Shown here piece by piece: positions 27,784 through 38,095 of a DNA stretch of 64,000 bases. The DNA comes from a virus: the IMG/VR virus record IMGVR_UViG_3300022745_000018, positions 107,910 through 171,909 of that record, one strand, 5' to 3'. The stretch's first letter is position 1. Each line of letters starts with the position of its first letter. Both the position numbers and the translations under genes were made by a program. Below the pieces are notes generated by a model, which did no database searches, was not told the origin of the DNA, and worked only from the letters and a program-made list of their open reading frames with translations.

Positions 27784-29193
27784 TTAACCAACAGATACTT
27801 CAGTTGATGTTGTGTATGAAAGTGTATCTGTGAACGTCTTGTTGAGATTGACGAATCGTTTCGTGCCGGCTGGATGCAATACATTCAGAGTAGCCGTGTA
27901 GTTTCCAATACTAACCGTCGTATCAATTAAGTACGAGAACGCTTGGTAGTAGAAGTTATCCTGCAAACGGATACTTTGATGAGAGATCAAACCGTCTTCT
28001 GTCTTGTAATATCCCTTTGTTTTCACAATGACTTGGTTCTCTAAAGTCAGGTTCATTAGAGAATCTCGCCATTCTTCAATGGTCAATCCGTAGTCGATGT
28101 TCGCAATCTGGACGTCGAATGTCTGAGATGCGTTTGAGATGACTTTGTACCCCAGATAACCAAGAACGAGATAATCTGTCTCAAAGTATGCAGTACCTTC
28201 ACCGTACTTTTGCCACTTATAGCCGAGAATCTCTTCCGATGTAAAGTTTGTACCATCAGTGATAGTCATATCAAAGTCATAGACTAAAGGAGATTCAGAT
28301 ACGATGTTGGTCACCAATTGAGTCGTGGTGCCTGGCGGCTTGCCGCGGTGTGGGCTAACCACGAATGTACAGTTCTCTTGCATGAACCAGCCATATGCAA
28401 TGATCTCTGCGCTTGAACAGACACCACCAGGGTCTACAGCAGTAACTTTGCATAACGTATCTACATTGCTACCGATTAGTCTGAAGATTTGACCAAGTTT
28501 CCAATTCATACCACCATCGGTGATCTTGATTTTGGATGGCACGGATCTTGCTTGTCCGCCGAAGATCGCCTCATCATTGTTATTGTAGATGACGATTTCT
28601 TGGTTCGCGGAGATTTTGATTTTAGATGATGATGCGAAGAAAAATCTTACATGAGTGGAGTCCAAGATTTCAACCGAATCCACACGGACTTCATAGTCGA
28701 TGTCTTCTGATTCAACGATCATCGAAAAAGGTGCAGATGGTATTGACGCTGTTGTGAATGCACCAGTCGCCTCAACAGAAACGAAGCTCTGCTGAACCCA
28801 TCTACCATCAGATGATCTCAGAACTCGTTCACCAGGATATGAGATGTCGATCTCTTCGCCAAATAGTCCTCTGAATAGCAATCTGTATGCTTTAGCAGTT
28901 CCCTTAGCATCGTAGATCTGATTAAGAAGTTTCAGAAATTTCCTACGGTCCATTGCGATGTCAACTGGAATCTTGTCACCATGCATCGCATAGAACTTAT
29001 TGATGTATTCTGGTAACGTTCTATCGATGTCTAAGTTGGCTTCATGATTGAAGATCAATCCACCACCCTTGGTTCTCTGATCTACATATTCATAGTACGT
29101 TTCCAAAAAGTCAGGTAAAAGACTACCTGACTCAAGCACATGTTGAGGTAATTGTGAAGGGACGAATTGACTAACAGTTGTTACTTGAGACAT
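27784..29193 (-). CDS. 7: Baseplate wedge initiator gp7-like
   Basis: FLETYYEY, YDAKGT...LFR.LFGE, SDGRW, LQDNFYYQAFSY, LHPAG. Confidence 0.8.
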   Translation of the reverse strand: MSQVTTVSQFVPSQLPQHVLESGSLLPDFLETYYEYVDQRTKGGGLIFNHEANLDIDRTLPEYINKFYAMHGDKIPVDIAMDRRKFLKLLNQIYDAKGTAKAYRLLFRGLFGEEIDISYPGERVLRSSDGRWVQQSFVSVEATGAFTTASIPSAPFSMIVESEDIDYEVRVDSVEILDSTHVRFFFASSSKIKISANQEIVIYNNNDEAIFGGQARSVPSKIKITDGGMNWKLGQIFRLIGSNVDTLCKVTAVDPGGVCSSAEIIAYGWFMQENCTFVVSPHRGKPPGTTTQLVTNIVSESPLVYDFDMTITDGTNFTSEEILGYKWQKYGEGTAYFETDYLVLGYLGYKVISNASQTFDVQIANIDYGLTIEEWRDSLMNLTLENQVIVKTKGYYKTEDGLISHQSIRLQDNFYYQAFSYLIDTTVSIGNYTATLNVLHPAGTKRFVNLNKTFTDTLSYTTSTEVSVG

Positions 29194-30977
29194 TAGACCA
29201 ATTCCAGTGTTACTTCGTTAGAATCAGATAGAGCAATAACTGAATCGCTACCAACATCACTCAAACGAATGATCTGATTTCTAGACATTTCGATGTCTGG
29301 ATTCTGTAGGTAGCATCTAATCGCAACGAATCTGTTCGTAGAAAGATATCTAGACACATTCAGATTCACATTGATTTTGCCGGTTGAATATTCAACTGTA
29401 CCGATTGATTGAACGAGCGTGGATGTCTGTACATCGTAGATACCAAGTTCATTTGTGCTGGGGATCTCTTTGATTTGGACAATGCGCTCAGTTGAGCCAT
29501 CCAAGATAGCAAACTTGGTTGATGAGATGCTGCCCTTGACGATGCCGTTACTCAATGTTCTGATGTAATTTGTGTCTACACCAACCAACGGAGTCAGGTC
29601 AATACCGACATTCTTCGTGATGTAAACTGAAGTAATGCCTGGGTCTAAATCAGCGATCAAACGAATGAGATCGGATTCAACATATTGCTCATTGAATTCG
29701 GAAATCGATTCTGTGTAATTCACGATAGCGGTTCTAATCATACCGACTACAGTGGAAGCAGATGTGTTCGTTAGACTCTGTTTGAACTTGATCTGTGTCC
29801 TATACTCAACATTCACATATTCAGGATCGACGAACTCTGGTTTGATCGTCATCATGTTCATTGATCTGATATAAGGCAATAGCACATCTGTCTTGACTGT
29901 ATCAGATACGGTTAGACCAGAAACTGGTTGCGGTGAAATGAATACTTTACCGTACTGAGGAGGATCGTTATCTTCACCACCCCAGACAGCAACCGACTTA
30001 ATGAAAGGGAAACCTTCCTTCAACAGATATTCGTAATCTGAATCACTAACTGCCCTACGTTTTGATGTGTTAGATAGTTTGGCATTTGCTCTGATGGAAT
30101 CAAGCGATTCTCGATCTTCACCACCGAAAGAAACTTGAGTTGTTGTGATACCGAATGTAGTTCCTGCCCCGAACGATCCGTTGTACGAGAATAGACGGCA
30201 TTCGTTTGCGATCGTTGGGTCATCTGCCACGACTACATATGAAATTTCCACCACATTGCCGTCTGACGGTTCCAAACCAATCAGATTATCACCGAACACG
30301 ATCTGGTAGTATCCATCATACGATTCTTCTAAGTAAAACACCGCCGAGTCGTACTTATAGTCGTATGAATTGAAGCCTCTAATGAATGTCCTTTTATTTA
30401 GAGATGAACCGGATTCTCTAACAGTGACTTCAAGTGTAGTGATGTCAATGTTCTTGTTAGGGATCTTTAGAATACCGGATGGGTTGAGTGTAGAATTGAC
30501 GGTATATGTGTTCGATGCCATCTTACCAGCAACAATCTTCATGGATGAGAATGTTGTCTGTGTACCAGAAGGAACCGATAGAGTTTCTGCAACCAAAACG
30601 AAGTTGTGAGCTCCGCTATCATTACTTGACGTGAACTCGGTTCCTCTTGACATCTGTAGGATAGTACCAGCCGTTAGACCAGATACTGTCAGATTGATGT
30701 ATGCAGTCGATCCAACCATGGAATGTGGTACATACCCAAGCTCTTTCGCTCTCGACACGACCGATGCTCTTTTCTGAGCAGTATCCAAGAAGCTTTCGTT
30801 GTGTAGCATATTGGCATAGTACGCGGTGTTATGTGCATTGTATGCCAAGATATCCATGATGCCGTTTAGAGCAGAACCTTCAAAGTTGTAATCGGTGAAG
30901 GTTGGATTCGTTTTGATGTGAGCAATCAGTTCTGCCTTAAGGGCATCAAAATCTAACTGAGTTACTGGTGTCGTCAT
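29193..30977 (-). CDS. 6: Baseplate wedge gp6
   Basis: LDFDALK..L, FTDYNFEGS, ESFLDTA.KR.SVVS.AK.LGY.P, VWGGEDNDPPQYGKVFIS. Confidence 0.93.
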   Translation of the reverse strand: MTTPVTQLDFDALKAELIAHIKTNPTFTDYNFEGSALNGIMDILAYNAHNTAYYANMLHNESFLDTAQKRASVVSRAKELGYVPHSMVGSTAYINLTVSGLTAGTILQMSRGTEFTSSNDSGAHNFVLVAETLSVPSGTQTTFSSMKIVAGKMASNTYTVNSTLNPSGILKIPNKNIDITTLEVTVRESGSSLNKRTFIRGFNSYDYKYDSAVFYLEESYDGYYQIVFGDNLIGLEPSDGNVVEISYVVVADDPTIANECRLFSYNGSFGAGTTFGITTTQVSFGGEDRESLDSIRANAKLSNTSKRRAVSDSDYEYLLKEGFPFIKSVAVWGGEDNDPPQYGKVFISPQPVSGLTVSDTVKTDVLLPYIRSMNMMTIKPEFVDPEYVNVEYRTQIKFKQSLTNTSASTVVGMIRTAIVNYTESISEFNEQYVESDLIRLIADLDPGITSVYITKNVGIDLTPLVGVDTNYIRTLSNGIVKGSISSTKFAILDGSTERIVQIKEIPSTNELGIYDVQTSTLVQSIGTVEYSTGKINVNLNVSRYLSTNRFVAIRCYLQNPDIEMSRNQIIRLSDVGSDSVIALSDSNEVTLELV

Positions 30978-30987
30978 GTTTGTTCCG

Positions 30988-31392
30988 TTATCTTATTCTG
31001 TTCACGAAATACACAATCGTGAATGGTTCTGTTGTATTGACCAATGTACCTTCCAATTCACATTTAATGGTGTGAGCATCTGGGAATGAAACGGTGACAT
31101 TCGTCACGACATATCTTGGCTCGTTTGCACTAATGTACTTTTCCACTTCGGATTCAAGAATCATCCTGATCGCTGGTGTACTAAGTTCAAACAGATAATC
31201 GTAGATTGGTGACGAGATCTCTGGGTGGAAGGGTTTGTCCCATTTTCTCAATTGAAGCAGATTCAGGACGGATTGCTTTACGGCATTCTGCTTCTTCTTG
31301 AGCATTACGTTGCCTGTCTCTGGGTGTCTGGTGAACATCTGGTCGATGTCTACAAATTCTCTTGATGGTAACTGAACGATAATCTCAGCCAT
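30988..31392 (-). CDS. 25: Baseplate wedge gp25 (sheath initiator)
   Basis: AVKQSVLNLL...KPFHP...YLFE...NEPR. Confidence 0.9.
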   Translation of the reverse strand: MAEIIVQLPSREFVDIDQMFTRHPETGNVMLKKKQNAVKQSVLNLLQLRKWDKPFHPEISSPIYDYLFELSTPAIRMILESEVEKYISANEPRYVVTNVTVSFPDAHTIKCELEGTLVNTTEPFTIVYFVNRIR

Positions 31393-31393
31393 G

Positions 31394-33919
31394 TTATGCC
31401 TCTAGTTTATGCAAACCGTCACCGAACTTTCTATGATTCATATAAGTCAGGACTTTATTGTTGTTTCCGCCATAGACAAAGGAAATATGAATCCATGGCT
31501 GTCTTGTTTCCGTAGTTTTGTATTCCAAGATGAGTTTGTCGAATGGGACGTTATCACGAATCCATTGAGCGATCTCAAAGTATTCGGATTTAGTTCTTCC
31601 TGGGAACTGCATATCCGCAGCTTGACCCAGTGTATGCTGTGAAGAATTGTTTCCTGCTCTGAACCCAGATGTAACAATCATCTCTGGATATTGAGCTTTG
31701 ATCTTATCCAAACAATTCTCAGCCAAGCTCTTCAGGTTGCATGCGATCTCGGAATCTGTTAGATTGTTATTGTCAATGATCCTGTACTTCGAAACGATCG
31801 CTTTCGACGATAGCATATCCAAACTGTAATACTTCGAAATCTGTAGGGTATCATTGATATTACCTTTGACGAACATCGCACACGATTTCGCAATTTCAGA
31901 TTTAGAGAATGCTTCTTTGGTATCCGTTTCTATAGATGAGGCTGCTTTCCCTTCGTCGATTTCACGCTGAGTGATGGTGCCTGAACTGATTGCTTTCGAG
32001 ATACCTTCAGCTGCTTCTGACTCATCCAAACCATCAAGTTCGAGTGTGGTGGCTCCCAAGAAGTTTTCCGGTATCTGCTTCTCGAAGTCAATACCACTTG
32101 CATATCGCTTGGAATTCCCTATAGCCGTAGACAAACCGGAATTCCAATGGACCTGTGATCCGTCCAATGAAATGAGGTTATCGGATCTAACAGATACACC
32201 CTCGGCAGTATCAACCAACAGTTTCCCACCGGATTTCAACATGATGTCGCCACCAGCATCCACGGTCATATGACCATCGACTTCCATGTTGACGTTGCCA
32301 CCAACTACAAGATCGCAATCTCCACCGATCGTCACTCTTGCTTTACCTGCGATAGAGATGTACCCATTCCTATCAACGATTGTGTATCCGTCACCAATGA
32401 TCTTGGTAACTTTGTTCCCAAAACGATCCGTTTCTTCGTATCCGCCCTTTGTATGAAAGAAATGAATACGTTCATTCCCTGGTGTGTCATCTAACTCAAT
32501 TGTATGACCAGATTCAGTTGTCTTAACTAGATTGTACGGATATTTGGCATTGTATGCAGGTTGGGGCTCGTCAAATGTACCTCCAATCGTCCGGATACCC
32601 ACGGTACGATTATCCATTCGTTTCTCTATCGCAGTGTTTCTAGTGTTCCTTCTAGACAATCTGTTGGTATCCTGTTCGCCAAGATATTCCTCCAACGGAT
32701 AGACTCCGTTTGGATCTGCGAAACCGTCACGAGTCGCTGTTCTCTGAGAATTGATTTCTTCAGCTGACTTGGATGAGTTGATTCTGTTAGACGGATCTAC
32801 TGGATTCTTGGCAGTTTCGTTAGCAATCTTCGTCGCCGCTACACCATCCTCATCGGCGATCTTGCACATACTAGCGAACGATCTAACCTTTGAGATGTCT
32901 ATAGAATACCCATTTGGATTGATCTTCTTCGTGATTGCTGATAGTGCATCTTCAAGTGTAGCGAATTTGAGACGATTGGCTCCACCAAAACGAATGATGA
33001 TGTATTGGATCGCTGCTTTCACAGCGACATCCGCTTCGAGGATTCTATCAGGAGATGTCGCCAAGTCTACACCAACTTGTTTACCAATAGTCAAGTAATT
33101 GTTCTTGAAAGAGATCTGTAACAGACCTCCTCCACGATATTTCCAACCATCACCGGAATCAACTGACCCATTACCCATCGTTCCAGCATAGACGAAGTTC
33201 GCCAATTTCTCTGGTTGATTGACATATAGGATTGCTTGTTCGTCTGGCATTGAACCGAATTTTGAACTGAAGACTGTACGTAATCTAGCAACAGATGAAT
33301 AGTTCATCGATTCTCTGATTGACTCGAACCCGGATTCTTTAGCAATGTTAGATAGAATTGCGATGATAGCATAAGGATCTTTGATGCCATAATCGCAGCA
33401 GGTTTTACAGACCAAATCTACTGTGGAGCCATATCTATTAGACAGTTCAGATGCATCTACTCCAGAACAACATCCGGTGATTGTCTCCGTGGCTGTTTCT
33501 GTGGTGATCGGTTTGCCGTAATTGTCAAGTAGAGTATCTTCATTCGCTGATGCAACCAACGAATATGACTGAGCACTGACATTTGCCGCCAAGATTGCTT
33601 GCAGATCCGCGGCAAAAGAACTCTTTGCGATTGGGTATCCATGAGCAGAGCCGATGATCACTGGGCACTGTTTCGATTCACCGTCATGAAAGAAAAGGAA
33701 TACCAATGACCCTTCAAGGTATTTTGCACCAGACGTACCAATGCCAGACAATGAAGGTGAATCTGCTGGTTGAAGGCAAATTGCCCACGGGAGATCCTCA
33801 GTTGGCACGTCTTCTTTGAATTCGGGATGAACCCCGAACACTCTAACTTGAACTCTACCAAGTAGTAGAGGATCCATCCTCGATTCTACGATACCAACAT
33901 AAAAACTTGATTGGTTCAT
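31394..33919 (-). CDS. 5: Baseplate hub spike gp5 with GH19 domain and C-terminal M15 peptidase
   Basis: OB-fold VESRMDPLLLGRVQVR..LPWA; GH19 ES..Y, LANFVY, GDGWKYRGGGLLQI; YPYN..TESGH..ELDDTPGNERI; M15 SGFR..SQH..GQAAD..WIHISF. Confidence 0.9.
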   Translation of the reverse strand: MNQSSFYVGIVESRMDPLLLGRVQVRVFGVHPEFKEDVPTEDLPWAICLQPADSPSLSGIGTSGAKYLEGSLVFLFFHDGESKQCPVIIGSAHGYPIAKSSFAADLQAILAANVSAQSYSLVASANEDTLLDNYGKPITTETATETITGCCSGVDASELSNRYGSTVDLVCKTCCDYGIKDPYAIIAILSNIAKESGFESIRESMNYSSVARLRTVFSSKFGSMPDEQAILYVNQPEKLANFVYAGTMGNGSVDSGDGWKYRGGGLLQISFKNNYLTIGKQVGVDLATSPDRILEADVAVKAAIQYIIIRFGGANRLKFATLEDALSAITKKINPNGYSIDISKVRSFASMCKIADEDGVAATKIANETAKNPVDPSNRINSSKSAEEINSQRTATRDGFADPNGVYPLEEYLGEQDTNRLSRRNTRNTAIEKRMDNRTVGIRTIGGTFDEPQPAYNAKYPYNLVKTTESGHTIELDDTPGNERIHFFHTKGGYEETDRFGNKVTKIIGDGYTIVDRNGYISIAGKARVTIGGDCDLVVGGNVNMEVDGHMTVDAGGDIMLKSGGKLLVDTAEGVSVRSDNLISLDGSQVHWNSGLSTAIGNSKRYASGIDFEKQIPENFLGATTLELDGLDESEAAEGISKAISSGTITQREIDEGKAASSIETDTKEAFSKSEIAKSCAMFVKGNINDTLQISKYYSLDMLSSKAIVSKYRIIDNNNLTDSEIACNLKSLAENCLDKIKAQYPEMIVTSGFRAGNNSSQHTLGQAADMQFPGRTKSEYFEIAQWIRDNVPFDKLILEYKTTETRQPWIHISFVYGGNNNKVLTYMNHRKFGDGLHKLEA

Positions 33920-35166
33920 TCTATTCTTGTGTTAAAACTGTCGTTCACCAATTCCATGTGCATAGAGTGTTGGTTGAATTTGAATTGGTGCCTAATTGCC
34001 GTGACTAAGTATCTACCAGAGTAGTAATCAGATTTCACATCCGATAAGATAGATTCTTTACCTATCTGTCTATTATCAGGTATCGAAAATTTAACAACGT
34101 CACCAACTTTCATGTCCGTTCTACCATATGTCTTGACATTGATCTTGACGGTATTCAGTAGAGACACTATAGCAGCCCGCTTCAAATATCCGGAATCGAA
34201 TGGTGTCTTGACTGGTCTACCGGATACATATTCATTCTTCAGTACGAAGTTGAAATTTGATTTCTTTGATCGTTTCAACTCAGATGATCTCAATGGATAT
34301 TTGTTCAGGTGGCTGCTTGAATCGAAATCATTTAGATAGTCGAATTCATGTAGAGCAGCTGCTCTAGTGGTTACATCAAATGTGTATAGGTAACTGGCGT
34401 TTGCTCCAGCTGATTGAATGCGCATATAATCAAATGTTGTCTGGTCTTCCACTAATTCAACAACACGATATTTCTGTTCGTAGTCGCCATTAGGACCAAA
34501 AGAAGTTGCGGAATCAACATCGCCAAATACGTAATCGCGTTTCGTCTCACCCTTCAATAGAGATGAGATCGTTCTGAAGTTGTACTTTTCGCGATCTTGA
34601 TAGAAGATGAAGTCAGTATCACCTGCTACGGATACAGCCCTTGTTGAAAGCCAATTGATCGTTTCAAGCGGCGACCAATAAGGTGCAATGAACTTGATGT
34701 TGTTCTTTGTTCTCTCGGTGTATAGTGTCTTGTCTGAACCTAGATACCTTTCATCCTTGAAGATGGATGAGACCAAAGTAGATGCTTCGCCATTGAAACT
34801 TTTCGCGATTGTGTTATTGAGCGAATTGATCTGTTCAGTGGAACAGAAATTCAATGAATATGCTGCAGAACGAAACTTCCTAGAAAGAACGGTCATCTTG
34901 TAGATGTAGAACGTATGGACGATTCTTTCAGATAGAGTCGGCGTTCTATATGAAACTGATAGCAATTCCTGACCGATCATCGGTAGACTATCGATCAAAC
35001 CAACTGCATCGTTGATCACGATATACCCAGATGATGTTGTAGCAAACATGTCCTCAAAAATAACGACATCCTCAGCCAACCCAGACACATCAATCTCTTT
35101 CCCAGAATGAGAAATAATTTTGATCGTATCTACAAAGACTTCACCCGGGAATTTCAGACTTTCCAT
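33916..35166 (-). CDS. Baseplate hub protein gp27-like
   Basis: IFEDMF...SGYIVINDA.GLID.LP..GQE, YSGRYLVTAIRH; directly upstream of gp5. Confidence 0.75.
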   Translation of the reverse strand: MESLKFPGEVFVDTIKIISHSGKEIDVSGLAEDVVIFEDMFATTSSGYIVINDAVGLIDSLPMIGQELLSVSYRTPTLSERIVHTFYIYKMTVLSRKFRSAAYSLNFCSTEQINSLNNTIAKSFNGEASTLVSSIFKDERYLGSDKTLYTERTKNNIKFIAPYWSPLETINWLSTRAVSVAGDTDFIFYQDREKYNFRTISSLLKGETKRDYVFGDVDSATSFGPNGDYEQKYRVVELVEDQTTFDYMRIQSAGANASYLYTFDVTTRAAALHEFDYLNDFDSSSHLNKYPLRSSELKRSKKSNFNFVLKNEYVSGRPVKTPFDSGYLKRAAIVSLLNTVKINVKTYGRTDMKVGDVVKFSIPDNRQIGKESILSDVKSDYYSGRYLVTAIRHQFKFNQHSMHMELVNDSFNTRIE

Positions 35167-35750
35167 TAAGCACCACCAATTGATTGCTCAAACTGAGTCA
35201 CGAATTCATTTAGCATTTCGGGTCTAAGCAGTCTGATTAGACGTTTCTGTTCATTCAGTGCAAACTCGTGTTCATAGAATGTGACTGGTAGAGCAGTGAT
35301 GTCTGTGTTTGTTGGTGGTACCCATGTAGAGATGTTGTAACATTCTCTGAATTCACCAACCACAATATCGTCCTTCTTGTAATACCAAACCTTGTTCATA
35401 TTGGGTACTTCTTCAGTTTCGCCGTCTGGTACAAATGTACCAGGGTATTGAATTTTACAGAAGTCATATAGCATCTGATCTGTCATTGGCCAATCGGTGT
35501 ATGAAGAATGAAGTTCATTGAACAACATCACGACCCAAAACAACTTCGGTGAACCGTAGATGGCAGCCGCAACTGACTCTGGACTATCGCCTGACTTGAT
35601 TGTGTAAGGTAGATAGACATCTGAATAGTTCTTTACATTTGAGATGAACTTTGATCGACGTAGGATGCCACGGACGACATCCATTCTTCTCTGTCTACCT
35701 ATCACGGTGACATATGTACCAAATGGCATTGATGCGAAGTAGCCGTTCAT
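35166..35750 (-). CDS. 53: Baseplate wedge gp53 (LysM-like)
   Basis: YTIKSGDSPESVA..IYG....WVVMLFN....DWP, YEHE..LNEQKRLIRLL. Confidence 0.9.
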   Translation of the reverse strand: MNGYFASMPFGTYVTVIGRQRRMDVVRGILRRSKFISNVKNYSDVYLPYTIKSGDSPESVAAAIYGSPKLFWVVMLFNELHSSYTDWPMTDQMLYDFCKIQYPGTFVPDGETEEVPNMNKVWYYKKDDIVVGEFRECYNISTWVPPTNTDITALPVTFYEHEFALNEQKRLIRLLRPEMLNEFVTQFEQSIGGA

Positions 35751-36710
35751 TTAGAATCCAGAAATAATAGGTTGATCTTTTGTGTAGACACGACGTCTAT
35801 CAATGAGTTCAAGTTCCTTGAATGTAAGACTTAATGTCTTGACGACAGGTGAACCATCTGGTAAAGTTGCCCACTGCCCCATCGGACTGTAGTTGGTCGA
35901 AACGTTCGTGCATGCACAGGTTGCAATTCTGGGAACGTTTGGGTTATCTTTACTACCATGAATGAAACTGATTTCAAATTCACCAGGGAACAGATAGAAC
36001 ATCCTATTTGCCTCAAGTTCGGGTAGCGAATAGAAACGGAATGTCTCAATGATTCGATTGACTGCTTCCGATTCTTGCTGCGATTTTGGGGCTAACATGA
36101 ATCTAAAGTTGAATGTCCTTCTAGAGAAACCGTTATAAAGCAGTTCCTTCTTGGGATTCACGATGTTTCTGTTTGCAGCCAATAGATCTCTCGACGACGT
36201 TATCTGACCTGCGCCTACTGCTCCACCAACAGCATTGAACCCTTTCTGCTGCAGATCGTAGATGATGGACTTGGCCAAACCACCAACAGTATTCCCAACA
36301 CCAACGTTGGCGGTATCCGCGAATTTTGTTAGAGCAGATTGATCGTGTTCCTGATACTCGATGTTAGTCTCAACCGAATGGTCTTCTGGCATCGGTAGAA
36401 TGATGGATTTTTCGACACGGACCATTTCCTTCTGTTGCACCCATCGTGTCGCGATTACTGAATTTGTGTCATATTTCTCTAAGACTGTTTTATCAGCGGG
36501 CATTCTATATGTAGGCACTGACGAAATACCAGTACCCAAACGTTCCGTCGTAACGAATACTGGTTGCTCACTAGTATCATCCCTCAACTTGGATGCCGAT
36601 GTAGTATTGTTAATTTTGAATAGCACATACTGAGCTGGATTGCCGACTGTGTCAATGTCAGAATGTCCTAGTGTCAGTGGATAGCTTAGGATTTTGGAAG
36701 TGTTAGTCAT
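35751..36710 (-). CDS. 48: Baseplate tail-tube cap gp48
   Basis: ILPMP, NPKKELLY.G..RRTFNFRF.LAPKS..E, FPGEF.I, NYSP.G, L.FKELE. Confidence 0.88.
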   Translation of the reverse strand: MTNTSKILSYPLTLGHSDIDTVGNPAQYVLFKINNTTSASKLRDDTSEQPVFVTTERLGTGISSVPTYRMPADKTVLEKYDTNSVIATRWVQQKEMVRVEKSIILPMPEDHSVETNIEYQEHDQSALTKFADTANVGVGNTVGGLAKSIIYDLQQKGFNAVGGAVGAGQITSSRDLLAANRNIVNPKKELLYNGFSRRTFNFRFMLAPKSQQESEAVNRIIETFRFYSLPELEANRMFYLFPGEFEISFIHGSKDNPNVPRIATCACTNVSTNYSPMGQWATLPDGSPVVKTLSLTFKELELIDRRRVYTKDQPIISGF

Positions 36711-36759
36711 TATTGACCATTAAATTTTGTTATAGTACTATAGAGAATTTAATAGGATC

Positions 36760-37401
36760 ATGTCAAGTTTCAAAGAATTTCGAGCTGAATTGTCGAAGCG
36801 CAATGTAGCTCGGTTGAATCAATATGAGGTTGTGATCAATCCACCTCCAGGGTTTGCGGTAGATTCTGACATCCTGAAGTTGATCAATATGTGGTGTTCG
36901 TTTGCGTCTACCCCACAGACCAGCATCTTCACAAATGATTCGTATGTTGAAGCTGGTAATCGTCGGAAGTTTGCATATAACCATGATACGAATAATCTCT
37001 TCTTGCACTTCTATGGCGATCAAGACAACAAGATCAAAGACTTTTTCAACCAATGGATTGATTCAATTACTCCAAGGAATCGCAGATTTGCATGGCCAGA
37101 TTCATATACGTCTGACTCAATCGTTGTCTATGTTCTAAACCGCGAAAGCGAAAGAGTCTATCAGTACAAATATGCTCGTTGTTTTCCGAAGATGATCACA
37201 TCCGTTGAATTCGGTCACGGATCAAACAATCATGCATTGCAGTTCGGTGTGGAGTTTGTCTTTGAATGGGTCGAATGCAATGACATGGGTCCGAAAGATC
37301 TTCTACCGAGAACGATGCCGAGTAAATCAGAAAACATCGAAGTCCAGCAGACTCAACCGATGCCAGATTATCGTGACTATAACTATCTAAATGGAGCTTA
37401 A
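36760..37401 (+). CDS. Tail-tube initiator / tube-like protein (gp54-like)
   Basis: ARLNQYEVVI, FFNQWID.I, CFPK.I..VEF; position between gp48 and gp26. Confidence 0.7.
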   Translation: MSSFKEFRAELSKRNVARLNQYEVVINPPPGFAVDSDILKLINMWCSFASTPQTSIFTNDSYVEAGNRRKFAYNHDTNNLFLHFYGDQDNKIKDFFNQWIDSITPRNRRFAWPDSYTSDSIVVYVLNRESERVYQYKYARCFPKMITSVEFGHGSNNHALQFGVEFVFEWVECNDMGPKDLLPRTMPSKSENIEVQQTQPMPDYRDYNYLNGA

Positions 37402-37405
37402 GTGA

Positions 37406-38095
37406 ATGACCAAGATTATTCAACCGACATACGTGACAACTCAACCATCGACTGGTAAGAAGATTCAATATAGACCTTATACCATCAAAGAAGAGAAGGC
37501 TCTACTATATGCTTTGCAAGACGGCTCTCTAGATGCCATCGTTGCCGCCATCAAGAATACCGTAAATGCTTGCACTGAGGGTGCACTGGATCCATCTATT
37601 GCGCCTTACTACGACGCTGAATATGTATTCCTGCAGATCAGATCAAAGTCAGTTGGCGAAGTGGTGGACCTGAAGGGTGGATGTGACGAAGGTAAACCCG
37701 GCGAAACGGATTTCACGGTCGACATTCAAGATATCGTGATTGAACCTAAACCGGAAAGTCATATCGTCATCAAGATTCCACAATCGAACTACACCGTCAA
37801 GTTCAGACATCCAACAATTGACGAATTTGCTAGCATCTATGAATCTGGTGGTGAAAATGCTAGTGATGTCATTGCATCATGTTTGGTATCTGTTTATACC
37901 GACGACGAATCGTTCGACTGGTCCACTCAAGAGAAGATTGATTTTGTGGATTCCATGAATCCGATCCAGCAGAAACAGATCGCCGCTTGGATGGCGAACA
38001 TGCCGAAGATCAAACTGACTGGGTCTTACACATGTAAGGGTTGCGGCAAACTACACACAAAAACGGTTTCTGGATTCCAGAATTTTTTCGTCTAA
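37406..38095 (+). CDS. 26: Baseplate hub assembly protein gp26
   Basis: PSTGKKIQYRPYTIKEEKALL, DAEYVFLQIRSKSVGE, C..CG, ends GFQNFFV. Confidence 0.9.
   Translation: MTKIIQPTYVTTQPSTGKKIQYRPYTIKEEKALLYALQDGSLDAIVAAIKNTVNACTEGALDPSIAPYYDAEYVFLQIRSKSVGEVVDLKGGCDEGKPGETDFTVDIQDIVIEPKPESHIVIKIPQSNYTVKFRHPTIDEFASIYESGGENASDVIASCLVSVYTDDESFDWSTQEKIDFVDSMNPIQQKQIAAWMANMPKIKLTGSYTCKGCGKLHTKTVSGFQNFFV

Noticed and set aside
8092-35000. Many 60-130-aa antisense or nested ORFs within structural genes
   Set aside because: Shadow frames of long genes with biased codon use; no independent signals
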